From a virus (lineage: Duplodnaviria > Caudoviricetes), in IMG/VR virus record IMGVR_UViG_3300037046_000131, positions 1-38,828 of that record: a stretch of DNA of 38,828 bases; one strand, 5' to 3'. A program made the translations under genes and the position numbers. A model generated the notes under the pieces. It was not told the origin of the DNA, made no database searches, and worked only from the letters and a program-made list of their open reading frames with translations. Within the stretch, counting starts at the first letter, position 1, and every line of letters starts with the position of its first letter. Below are positions 26,301-35,429 of this stretch, in pieces.

Positions 26301-26551
26301 CACGTCAGCCTGAAGGCATATGATACTGCTGGAAGGTTGGCGGGGCGGCGAAGACGACGAAGGGCGGAGATGGAAGGTAGCCGGGGGCCATGGTCCGCAC
26401 GTTGGTCGATGCCGACCTCCCCCGTGGCAGCCACCAGACTACCTGGGACGGCCGGGACGCGTCTGGCCGGGGGATGGCATCGGGGAGTTACTTTGCGCGG
26501 CTGGAGGCTGGGGGGAGGGTGGAGACGGTGAGGATGAGTTTGGTCCAGTAG
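26301..26551 (+). pseudogene. Orphan, frameshifted FlgD-Ig tail; 26387-26551 repeats 25081-25245
   Basis: gtccgcac...gacctccccc...acctgggacggccg.gacgcgtctggccgggggatggc is shared with the LamG gene end. There is a frameshift in the G-run and no upstream passenger domain. Confidence 0.8.
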
Positions 26552-26716
26552 GTGTTCGCCTTGAGTGGGCCGACGCGCTTCGATTTCGGTCGGGGCGGCG
26601 CAGTTTTCGACCGACTACTGGACCTGCGTTCCCAGGTGGTTTAGGCTATCGGAAGCGCGCGGAGGCGGGCCAGTGCCGCGGTGATCACGACACGCCAAAC
26701 GGAATGGAGCCGTTCA

Positions 26717-26830
26717 ATGGGCGACAAGGGCGGGAAAAAGGATAAGGACAAGAGTCTGAAGCAGAAGAATAGCAAGCATGAACAGAAAGATAAAGAGAAG
26801 CAGGCTAAGCAAACGAAAAGCACTTCGTAG
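26717..26830 (+). CDS. Small Lys-rich protein (37 aa, MGDKGGKKDKDK...)
   Basis: GGAG SD and a clean ORF below the track cutoff; highly charged. Confidence 0.6.
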   Translation: MGDKGGKKDKDKSLKQKNSKHEQKDKEKQAKQTKSTS

Positions 26831-26995
26831 GGGGAATCTGGAGCCGTCGAGTGTGGCGGTTATGGCCACGGGCCTGATGCTGCGGTATCCGACCGGCTAT
26901 CGGACCGGCGTTTACACTTCGCGGAATATCAAATAGCTGTATCTTGCAACACAGTTCTGCATACTACCCGTTAGATCTATCTCACAGGAGCGAGT

Positions 26996-27802
26996 ATGTC
27001 GCAGTTCACGGTAGTGTCCTGGAACTGTCGGCGGGCGACTGCGGGCAGCCCGTTGTGGGACTACCTACTCGAACTCGATCCTACTGTGGCCGTTCTCCAG
27101 GAGGTTGGAGGACTGCCGCCGGAGGTCTTGGGCCGGTATGCATGCGATCTCCGCCCTGCTGCGGGAAAGACTGGGATTCCGCAGAAGTTTAGTACGGCCC
27201 TGCTAGTTCGAGGCCAGATGGGTGAACCGATTCACTTGTCGGGCCTGTCCGATTGGGTTGATGCGCAGCTCACGAGGTTCGCGGGCAATCTGATTTGTCG
27301 TGAAATACTCCCGAGCAACGGACCAGCCCTCAAGGTAGTCTCGGCGTACAGCCCGGCTTGGCGGATTGAGCCCGAATGTCTGGTCGGTGTAGACATCAGC
27401 GGCGTACGGCTGACGACAAACCCCGGTCTATGGATGGCGGACATCCTTTGGGCAAGTCTCAAGCATCACCGAGCAAGTTTAACGGGTTGCTGGATTGTGG
27501 CGGGCGACTTTAATCTGTCGGAGACATTTGACTATACGACATGGTCCGCCGGGGGCAATCGCGAGTATCTCGATCGAATGGCCTCGTTGGGGCTGATCGA
27601 GTGTCTCCGCGAATCCAGGGGCGCGCTCACGCCCACATTTCGCAACTCAAGAGGTGGGGCGGTCGTGCATCAAATGGATCACATGTTCGTGACCGAAGCC
27701 CTTGCCTCGCGATTGAAATCCTGCGATACGGGTTCGCAGGACCGTGTCTTCGGTTCCGGTCTCAGCGACCATCTTCCCGTAGTGGCGCACTTCCGTCTAT
27801 GA
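26996..27802 (+). CDS. Endonuclease/exonuclease/phosphatase (EEP) family protein
   Basis: VVSWNC, LQEV, AGDFNL, MDHMFV and SDHLPV motifs; SD AGGAG. Confidence 0.92.
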   Translation: MSQFTVVSWNCRRATAGSPLWDYLLELDPTVAVLQEVGGLPPEVLGRYACDLRPAAGKTGIPQKFSTALLVRGQMGEPIHLSGLSDWVDAQLTRFAGNLICREILPSNGPALKVVSAYSPAWRIEPECLVGVDISGVRLTTNPGLWMADILWASLKHHRASLTGCWIVAGDFNLSETFDYTTWSAGGNREYLDRMASLGLIECLRESRGALTPTFRNSRGGAVVHQMDHMFVTEALASRLKSCDTGSQDRVFGSGLSDHLPVVAHFRL

Positions 27803-27830
27803 GGAGTCTGGATTCGACGTGGGAACAAAT

Positions 27831-28202
27831 ATGGGACCGATCAAGGCAGTAAAGTCTACGAATCCCGCCCCGGAGGCAGCCCCGCATTCGGCGGCATTCC
27901 CCGTAGAACTGCGGACCTTCATAAATGACCAGAGATGGACGTATGCCAAGACAATGCCTGAATGGCCGCACGAGTACATCGTTCGGGATAAAGTTGAAGA
28001 AGAACTGTTCGAGCGGCTGGTTAAATACATTCGAGCCTATGGCTACGAGGGTAAGTTTTACCAGAAGGTCATCACCTACTTCGAAGAGGCGGGCATGGTG
28101 TACTGGACGATGGGCGCGCCGCTACACGAAACCACTGTTATTAACAGGTGCGCGAAGGAATGTACTTATAAATACAGGTTGGAACGCGGGACACTCCCGT
28201 AG
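27831..28202 (+). CDS. Hypothetical protein (WTYAKTMPEWPHEY...YWTMG...VINR)
   Basis: Aromatic-rich globular ORF with family-like motifs; start uncertain (27819 or 27831). Confidence 0.7.
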   Translation: MGPIKAVKSTNPAPEAAPHSAAFPVELRTFINDQRWTYAKTMPEWPHEYIVRDKVEEELFERLVKYIRAYGYEGKFYQKVITYFEEAGMVYWTMGAPLHETTVINRCAKECTYKYRLERGTLP

Positions 28203-28251
28203 TCGTGGATAGAGGTGAGAATGCTGGCGTGGCTGCCCGAGCCTCTACATA

Positions 28252-28280
28252 TTGACATCTAACGTCACGAAGCATACTCT
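28252..28280 (+). promoter_or_regulatory. Sigma70-type promoter
   Basis: TTGACA-N17-TACTCT upstream of SD AAGGAG and ATG 28316. Confidence 0.5.
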
Positions 28281-28315
28281 GCAGCCGGAATCTAATAGTG
28301 AAGAAAGGAGCCCCC

Positions 28316-28900
28316 ATGCCGAGAATGAAATCAAAGCCAGCTACGCGACCGACCGCCGCCAGCCGCAAGCAACTGGCCAAGACCCAGACCCAGTTCAAGA
28401 AACTCGAATCCCGCCTCGCCGTCCTCGACAAGGAGTACGCCGCGGTTCAGGCCGCGACAGGACATCTGGTGGCGGGGCTGCTCAAGGGTGCAGCAGCGAA
28501 GGCCAAGGCCACTGCCCCCAAGGCTACCCGGACTCCGAAAGTCCAAGTAGCGAAGAAGGTCGCGGCGACCAAGGGCAAGCCCGGTCGGAAGCCAGGCGTC
28601 CGGGTAGGGAAGAAAGCCGCCGCCGCCAAGGCCAAGCCCGGCCGCAAGCCGAAGGTCCATGTAGCGGCGAAGCGTGGACGGCCCGCAGCCCCCAAAGCCC
28701 CCCGCCTGACCGTCGAGTCCGTGGTCGTCGCCCTGCTCAAGGCCAACAAGAAACCCATGGCCTTCCCCGAGATCATGGACACGATCCAGAAGAAGAAGCT
28801 GATCAAGACCAAGAGCGCCAATTTCGCCAACGTGCTGCGGCGGACGATTTCTACTAGCGAGAAGATCAAGAGGGTGGCGCGGGGGACGTACCGAGCCTAG
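28316..28900 (+). CDS. Histone-like basic DNA-binding protein (coiled coil, K/A-rich linker, winged-helix-like C-terminus)
   Basis: Heptad segment LAKTQTQFKKLESRLAVLDKEY; KPGRKP twice and KRGRP; VVALLK...MAFPEIMDTI...VLRRTI...IKRVARGTY. Confidence 0.8.
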   Translation: MPRMKSKPATRPTAASRKQLAKTQTQFKKLESRLAVLDKEYAAVQAATGHLVAGLLKGAAAKAKATAPKATRTPKVQVAKKVAATKGKPGRKPGVRVGKKAAAAKAKPGRKPKVHVAAKRGRPAAPKAPRLTVESVVVALLKANKKPMAFPEIMDTIQKKKLIKTKSANFANVLRRTISTSEKIKRVARGTYRA

Positions 28901-29144
28901 ACATTTAGCTTCGGATCTGATGCGATCCTATGTCGCCTTGACCCTCGCCCGGCGACCGCACCGCTTCTTCCCTATGGCGGTATGGTTGTGCGAGGGTAGA
29001 CGGCAACTTCTCGGCTGCACTGCCAACTAGGAGGCTACAAGACGCCGATGGAGGTCTACAATCTGAGGCTGGCGGCATGATCGGGCACGGGGTGTCCACC
29101 CTAAATGAGCCGCCGAACTGTCCAATAATCTGGGACCACCTTTT

Positions 29145-29951
29145 TTACATGTATATGGGAAAGTCATCGTCCAGTTGCTTCACTAGGTCGAGGTGGCGGT
29201 TCAGTCCAAGGATATCTCGGATATAGAGCTCAGCAAAGGTTTGAACTATACGTGTGGTTGCAACCAGTTTTGAGCGTTCCTTGGGATGGTCGAGTTGTAG
29301 CTTACGCCTCCCTGGCTTTCGCCGTATATGAGCAATGGCATGGCGGTAGTCTTCCTTGAGATAAGTACCAAGCGATCGACCATCAAGTGTAAGTCGAGCT
29401 AGTACCGTGTTAATTGCTCTTGGCATTGGCGTTGAGCCGGCAAGAGTGTTGTCGATGAAGTCCTTCGTATTACCTCCGGCTACCTCCATTACTTGCCAAA
29501 AGAATATAAAAGATAAGAAAATGGAATTGGATCCACTGGCTTCTCGGTACAGGGTTAAGGCGATATTCTGTTTCTCGTTATCAATGCGCGGGATCCGAGA
29601 TATATCTAGGCCCGCAGTCATCGTTGAATATGGCAATATTGGTGGGCATAAGTATCGGTACGTGGCGGTTCGTAGATCATAACCTGCATGGACGGGGAGG
29701 CTGATTCCATCCTGTACCATCACGCGCGCTTTATTATTCCAAGCCATAGCGCTTAGATACTCGGAGGCAATCGAGTAGATATGCTCGCTTACCGCTTCGC
29801 TACTATTGGGCAGAACGGTGATGAGTACATCGCTGTATTGGCGGGATGCATTCTGAATCAATTTAAATGATGTGTCTCGGTAGATGAATAAATATTCATT
29901 TTGCTTGAGCCTGTGGCTGTTATCGAAGCAGATGTACTTCAAACGGGGCAT
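29145..29951 (-). CDS. HEPN-domain protein (MauJ/Apea-like)
   Basis: ALTLYREA...FLSFIFFWQVME...YLKEDYRHAIAH with an Rx4H motif; start 29951 or 29960. Confidence 0.7.
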   Translation of the reverse strand: MPRLKYICFDNSHRLKQNEYLFIYRDTSFKLIQNASRQYSDVLITVLPNSSEAVSEHIYSIASEYLSAMAWNNKARVMVQDGISLPVHAGYDLRTATYRYLCPPILPYSTMTAGLDISRIPRIDNEKQNIALTLYREASGSNSIFLSFIFFWQVMEVAGGNTKDFIDNTLAGSTPMPRAINTVLARLTLDGRSLGTYLKEDYRHAIAHIRRKPGRRKLQLDHPKERSKLVATTRIVQTFAELYIRDILGLNRHLDLVKQLDDDFPIYM

Positions 29952-30135
29952 ACTTGTCACCGCACATGGGTAGTATTGTCAACGACAGTAACCAAATACA
30001 TCGATAATTGTTGAACAGATGAACTATTGCTGAATTCATCCCAGATTCGATCTGATACCACAACCGAAGGGAGTCTACAACGTACATTCTCGACTGGCAA
30101 GAATCCGCGCCACTGCCTGCGGAGGGGGAGAAGAA

Positions 30136-31287
30136 ATGCCGATACAAACACACGAATTTACTCGTGAACAGCTCTACGACGAAGTCTGGTCCACGCCAAT
30201 AACCCAGCTGGCAAAGCGCTACGGCCTGGGCGACTCGGGGCTCGCCAAAATCTGCCGAAAGCACCGCATTCCGCGCCCACCCCGGGGCTACTGGCAGGAG
30301 TTGAGGGCAGGAAAACGTGTCCGGCGTCCTCCGCTGCCGCCGCTGAAGGAGGGGGAAGGGGAGGCCATGATTCGCATTTCCCTCCCTGACCCGGTGGACG
30401 TTGACGCCGACCAGCTCGCGGCAGCCGAGGTGTTGCTAGCGAAGCTACCCGCCAGCCTGGCGATAGCGGCAGGGCGGGATGAGGCGACGCTACTGTCTCC
30501 CCTAGCCGCCTCCACAGCCCGGAGCTTGACCCATGGCAGCATCGTCGACGAGTGCCTGCGCCGCCCTCGAGCCAAGCACCGGTACGACGTCAGGGTAAGC
30601 CGGGGGTGTGCCGAGCGGGCAGTGCGGGTCATGGATCAGTTGATAGCGGCTTTCAATTCCTGCGGAATCCAGGTAGTCGTCGAAGATGACGGCCAAACTC
30701 GGGTCCGGATCCTGGGGGAGGCTATACCGATATACCTGGCTGAGGAGACCGAATCAAGGGCCGTGGATCCTACCCCCAGGCAGCGCCGTGCATCCGAACG
30801 GGACTACTCGTGGGTAGGGCCGCCACAACGCGAGCGCGTCCCTACGGGCCGCCTATGCATCCGGGTAGAGGATATTGGCGTCCACGGGGTCCGGCGTCAG
30901 TGGGGCGACATAGCCCGCAGTAGGCTAGAGGATCGATTTGAAGCCGTCATCCGTGGCCTGGTCAAAGTCGCGATCGCGACACGATCGGCTGCCCTGAAAC
31001 GGGCGCGTTGGCAGAATGAGGAACTTGAGCGCAGGCGGAAATGGGAGGAGCAGGAGCGGGAGCGCATGGCGGAAAAGGCCCGCGTCGATAAACTGGACCG
31101 GCTTCTGGACGCCTGGCAGAGAAGCCGGTTGATCCGTGCGTTCCTGGTGGACGGCCGGGGTGGTATGCCGAACGCTCGCGAGCATGGCGTTGAGAGTCAA
31201 GAAACTTTAGAATGGCTGAATTGGGTTGAGAGCTACGCCGCTCGGCTTGACGATCGATGGCGTGCGAGCTGTCCTTCTCCCGAATAA
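30136..31287 (+). CDS. Mobile-element-associated hypothetical protein with N-terminal HTH-like domain
   Basis: TREQLYDEVWSTPITQLAKRYGL.D.GLAKICRKHRIPRPPRGYW, plus a charged C-terminal coil ending WLNWVESYA. Confidence 0.8.
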   Translation: MPIQTHEFTREQLYDEVWSTPITQLAKRYGLGDSGLAKICRKHRIPRPPRGYWQELRAGKRVRRPPLPPLKEGEGEAMIRISLPDPVDVDADQLAAAEVLLAKLPASLAIAAGRDEATLLSPLAASTARSLTHGSIVDECLRRPRAKHRYDVRVSRGCAERAVRVMDQLIAAFNSCGIQVVVEDDGQTRVRILGEAIPIYLAEETESRAVDPTPRQRRASERDYSWVGPPQRERVPTGRLCIRVEDIGVHGVRRQWGDIARSRLEDRFEAVIRGLVKVAIATRSAALKRARWQNEELERRRKWEEQERERMAEKARVDKLDRLLDAWQRSRLIRAFLVDGRGGMPNAREHGVESQETLEWLNWVESYAARLDDRWRASCPSPE

Positions 31288-31387
31288 TTTAAAGCGGGGA
31301 GGGGGACATAGCGTAGACGGAGGAAGCAATGTCCGGTATATTGATCAGACGATCTTGGTCTTGACCACAATTGTAAAAGGAAGTCAC

Positions 31388-32440
31388 ATGCATACCGTGT
31401 CCACTCATTTTACAATCGCGGATTATTGTGAGGCAATGAAGCGTGGTGATATTCTTGTTAATAGGGATTATCAACGTAGCGCCAAGGTGTGGCCCTCGAT
31501 TGCGCGATCATTTCTAATTGAAACCATTATTCTAGGCTTACCAATGCCGAAGATATACTTATACCAAAAAGTTGACGTAAAGAGCAAGAAAACGTTCAAA
31601 GAAATCGTTGATGGCCAGCAACGTAGCATCGCGATTCGGGACTTCTATGACGATTCGTTTCGTGCCTCTGGTTCGCTGGACTCTCCGCAACTGGCTAGCA
31701 GGTTATATTCCGAAATGGCTGAGGATGACCAGAAGGCGTTCCTCGATTATCAGCTCAGTGCTGATCTTTTTATTTCTGCGTCGGATGAGGAAGTGCGCGA
31801 TGTCTTTCGTAGGATGAACTCATATACGGTTCCTTTGAACCCAGAAGAAAAACGACACGCTGTTTATCAGGGACCATTCAAATGGTTTGTTCATCGGCTT
31901 GGTCGTCAGTACGACAAAGCCTTCATCCGCTTAGGGATATTTAGCGAAAACAAGATCGTGCGAATGGCTGATTCTAAGCTTATCACTGAAGTATGCCATG
32001 CACTCCTGAATGGAATTCAGACAACAAAAGAAAAGCAACTCGATGCTACTTACCGTGACCACGACGAGCGGTTTCCTATGGAGAATGAGATTAAGCAGCG
32101 ACTCACGCGCTCATTTGACCAGCTAATTGAATGGGATGAGCTGCACGGTGGCCCGCTAATGGCTCCCCATGTTGTATATTCGCTTGTATTGGCACTTACA
32201 CACATGCATAAGGCCGTGCCCGCGCTAGATCCATTATGGAGGTCCGACAACCAGACTGTCTTCGACCGGTCAATTGTTGTAGGTAATCTAAGCATGCTCG
32301 CAGAGGCAATTGAAAGTTCGACCATGAGTGAAGCTACGAGAGATTTTGTTGATGGGTGTTCCATGAAAACAAATACAGCCGAGCAAAGAGTTAAGAGGTT
32401 TCGCAGCATTTGCAATGCACTGCAGCCGCGGTCTCTGTGA
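31388..32440 (+). CDS. DUF262 (GmrSD N-terminal, ParB/Srx-like) protein
   Basis: YQRS..VW, LIETIILGLPMPKIYL, IVDGQQR and VFRRMNS motifs. Confidence 0.9.
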   Translation: MHTVSTHFTIADYCEAMKRGDILVNRDYQRSAKVWPSIARSFLIETIILGLPMPKIYLYQKVDVKSKKTFKEIVDGQQRSIAIRDFYDDSFRASGSLDSPQLASRLYSEMAEDDQKAFLDYQLSADLFISASDEEVRDVFRRMNSYTVPLNPEEKRHAVYQGPFKWFVHRLGRQYDKAFIRLGIFSENKIVRMADSKLITEVCHALLNGIQTTKEKQLDATYRDHDERFPMENEIKQRLTRSFDQLIEWDELHGGPLMAPHVVYSLVLALTHMHKAVPALDPLWRSDNQTVFDRSIVVGNLSMLAEAIESSTMSEATRDFVDGCSMKTNTAEQRVKRFRSICNALQPRSL

Positions 32441-33081
32441 TGCGCCAAGTAGATAGGTTGGCTACTCTTGGTATGCGTGTAAATAGAAGATCTTTACGAT
32501 TAAGAATGCTTGTTGATAACATGACGGCGCCATTAGATTCTGCAAGTGAACGTACAGTAGCATACGTAACGATCGAAATCGTAAATCTTTGGAGCAGCTT
32601 CTGCCGCGCCTACTATCTGTCGTGTTGTCTTGGTACTATGACAGCCGGTGGACATCGTGTAGTCGTTAATGCGGGCCGCTTTCACTCCACCATGGAAGCC
32701 ATTGGTTTTGCGGTCGAGATTGCAGGCCGAGGTCGTAATAAAACGGGACCATGGCGGCGAATGGAGGAACCAGCATGGCACGTACCAGCAACATTTCTGA
32801 GAGTACAACAAGCACTGCAGCCATCGAACCTTGTGAACATGCACAACGCATTCTCGTATTCAACAACAGCTTTTGATGATTTACGAACCCTCCGCAACTT
32901 TTTTGCTCACAGGAATGAAGATACAGCCCGAGGCGTATTAGGTGTAGCAAGAAATAATGGAATCAGTCCACGGCTGCATCCAGCAGACGTTATCTGTAGC
33001 AGGGCATCAAATAGACCTCAATCTCTTGTTTCTGACTGGCTTGACGATGTCAGAGTTGTGGCCCAAGACATGTGTCGGTAG
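32440..33081 (+). CDS. HEPN-domain protein
   Basis: TGATG coupling to DUF262; IEIVNLWSSFCR helix and LRTLRNFFAH (Rx4H). Confidence 0.75.
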   Translation: MRQVDRLATLGMRVNRRSLRLRMLVDNMTAPLDSASERTVAYVTIEIVNLWSSFCRAYYLSCCLGTMTAGGHRVVVNAGRFHSTMEAIGFAVEIAGRGRNKTGPWRRMEEPAWHVPATFLRVQQALQPSNLVNMHNAFSYSTTAFDDLRTLRNFFAHRNEDTARGVLGVARNNGISPRLHPADVICSRASNRPQSLVSDWLDDVRVVAQDMCR

Positions 33082-33156
33082 TTTTGTGGTTGGAGTGCCG
33101 CTCTCAATGTATAGGGGCAATTGTACTTGTGTTGAGGCAATCCAGGAACTAGGATT

Positions 33157-33936
33157 ATGTCCATGAAAGCTCCAGAACGCTTCGTGCAATGGATGACCGA
33201 TCACCGACATGTGGACCCGAAGCTCGGATTGACCTACCGCTACCACTCCCGCAGCGACGCTCACTCAATAGAGCTTTGCAGCGCCGTGGTTGTGGATCTC
33301 GTTGATCGGTGCGCACTCCTTCGGGAACAGGCAGCTATTGGTGTGGTTGCCTATGGCATCAACCTCAAGCATCGGTGGGCATCTGGGAAGTCGAAGACGC
33401 TGGATTTGGCTGTTGGTACACCAGTAGACGGACCAATATTGGCTCCGCCCGCGAATGGGATTCATCGTGTTACTGATCTCGATGAGGTCCTAATCGCCTG
33501 CGAGGCTAAAACGGTGATGACCGAACACAGCAAGGCGCAGCCGAGGATATTTGATGAATTGAGCTCATCTCATGAGATCGTGCATAGTGGCAGGCCAGAC
33601 GCCATCGCCGCAGGTATCACTGTTGTGAACATTGCTGCGACTTTCGTCTCGCCCCTCCGCCAACAAGAGGGCAGGCCCCTCTACGTGACACACCACAAAC
33701 AGCCCCACGTTACCGACCGGATGGTGAAGCACTTGCGTGGTTTAGTGACGAGAGAGCGACCAGAGGGTGTGGGGTTTGATGCTTATTGTACAATCGTAGT
33801 AAACTGCGACAATCAAGGTGGTATTTCACTTTGTACTGATCAACCGGCGCCGCAGCCGGGCGACCATGACCACTACGATACATTTATTGAGCGGATCGCG
33901 ACATTCTATACGGAGCGATTCGCAACCCTTCGTTAG
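33157..33936 (+). CDS. Putative PD-(D/E)xK type II restriction endonuclease
   Basis: TLDLAVG...IACEAKT; convergent with a DNA methyltransferase. Confidence 0.65.
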   Translation: MSMKAPERFVQWMTDHRHVDPKLGLTYRYHSRSDAHSIELCSAVVVDLVDRCALLREQAAIGVVAYGINLKHRWASGKSKTLDLAVGTPVDGPILAPPANGIHRVTDLDEVLIACEAKTVMTEHSKAQPRIFDELSSSHEIVHSGRPDAIAAGITVVNIAATFVSPLRQQEGRPLYVTHHKQPHVTDRMVKHLRGLVTRERPEGVGFDAYCTIVVNCDNQGGISLCTDQPAPQPGDHDHYDTFIERIATFYTERFATLR

Positions 33937-34034
33937 ATCAACCGGTATCAATGTAGAGACGCTTGCGAAGAGTTCACCAATGGCAGGCCCCGCTTCGAAA
34001 CTTCGAGCTTCGCTGACACGCGGAGTGAAAATTG

Positions 34035-35027
34035 TTATTTCTCTGTCTTGATAGTTGCTGTTGATAATAGCCCTCGGGTCTCCTTCGAAAGCCGATCCAG
34101 GCCCATCTGGAAATACTGTGGGTCTAGTTCGATCCCGATACTGTTCCGGCCCCAGCGCGCCGCTCCCACCGATGTGCTTGCAGTACCTGAGAAGGGATCA
34201 AGTACGGTGTCGCCTACAAAAGTGAACATCCGAATGAGACGAGCTGCAAGTTCAGCAGGGTATGGCGCTGGATGCTGCCGGGTCGAAGCGCCGGTGATTC
34301 CTGTCAGGATCTGCTGGAACCAGAGCTGATAGTTCGCAGACGATATCACACTCATAAGGCGCTCGGGCAGCGAAGGCTGTCGGTAGCCACCGGGTTTCCG
34401 GAACATAAGAATAAACTCGATGTCGTTTTTGATCACCGCGCCAGGTTCGTATGGCTTGCCTAGGAAGCCAGCACCGTTCCCCTCTGCCTCATAGGCAGCG
34501 TTGGAGATCTTGTACCAGATGATCGGGGCGAGATTGTCGAAGCCGATCTTGCGGCAGTGTTCCTGGATTGTTGCGTGAAGTGGGATGACGGTATGCCGCC
34601 CGTTGTTCTTGCGGCGGGAAAGACAAACGTCACCTACGACGCAGATCAGGCGGCCACCGGGGACCAACGCCTTGTAGCACTGGCGCCAGATCTTGTTTAG
34701 TTCTCGATGAAATTCGTTGTAGTCCTCGATATAGCCAAGCTGGCCCTCTTCGACACGGTAGTCCTTCAATGTCCAATAGGGAGGGGACGTGAGGACTAGG
34801 TGGACGCTCTCGGTTGGAACATCCCACTTCTTCCGGGAGTCCTGGCAGATCATCCGGTGGTTTGTGGGGACTCGTTTCACCCCTTCTTCGATAGCGGCTA
34901 TTAATTTCGTGTTTTTCGCGATCGCGGGGAGCGCTGTTTGTGCGTTAACGAGCGAGGGAAGCATTTTAACTGGCAGAAACTGCCAAATCCCCTTGGGGTC
35001 GTCTATTGCTTGCATTGCTGGCTTCAA
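34035..35027 (-). CDS. Beta-class amino-DNA methyltransferase (SPPY, probably N4-cytosine)
   Basis: VLTSPPYW, HPAPYP and VLDPFSGTAST; TTG start with SD AAGGAG. Confidence 0.93.
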   Translation of the reverse strand: MKPAMQAIDDPKGIWQFLPVKMLPSLVNAQTALPAIAKNTKLIAAIEEGVKRVPTNHRMICQDSRKKWDVPTESVHLVLTSPPYWTLKDYRVEEGQLGYIEDYNEFHRELNKIWRQCYKALVPGGRLICVVGDVCLSRRKNNGRHTVIPLHATIQEHCRKIGFDNLAPIIWYKISNAAYEAEGNGAGFLGKPYEPGAVIKNDIEFILMFRKPGGYRQPSLPERLMSVISSANYQLWFQQILTGITGASTRQHPAPYPAELAARLIRMFTFVGDTVLDPFSGTASTSVGAARWGRNSIGIELDPQYFQMGLDRLSKETRGLLSTATIKTEK

Positions 35028-35129
35028 TTGCTACTCCTTCAACGAGTGGCCTGAATTGTAGTTTGTTGGGGTAAAAAAAGCCAGTGCTTAGAGATACAAG
35101 CGAATGCAGCCTTCGCGCGACGGGCTTTT

Positions 35130-35429
35130 CTAATGGTCTCGTTCGAGAAGCCGCTCCTTCTCCGCCCCCGCCATCCCCAGCAGCCCGACTACCTTCGAGA
35201 CCCGGGCGCGGCTGACGCCACACAGGCGCGCCACGGCCGCCAGATCCGCGACCTCCCCGCTGCGCACCAGGGCGTCGATGTAGTAGGCGAGGGCGAGGTT
35301 TCGGGCTCGGCGTTCCGCCCGGTCCTGCCGTTTTCGCTCGGCTCTGGCTTCCGGGGTGGGCTTGGGCTTCGGCGTAGGCCGCCGCTTGCTTACCGCCATC
35401 CTGAACTCCACTCTCAACTCCTGGTTCAC
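35130..35429 (-). CDS. Small HTH protein coupled to the serine recombinase
   Basis: GTGA overlap; LALAYYIDALVRSGEVADLAAVARLCGVSRARVSKVVGLL. Confidence 0.8.
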   Translation of the reverse strand: MNQELRVEFRMAVSKRRPTPKPKPTPEARAERKRQDRAERRARNLALAYYIDALVRSGEVADLAAVARLCGVSRARVSKVVGLLGMAGAEKERLLERDH

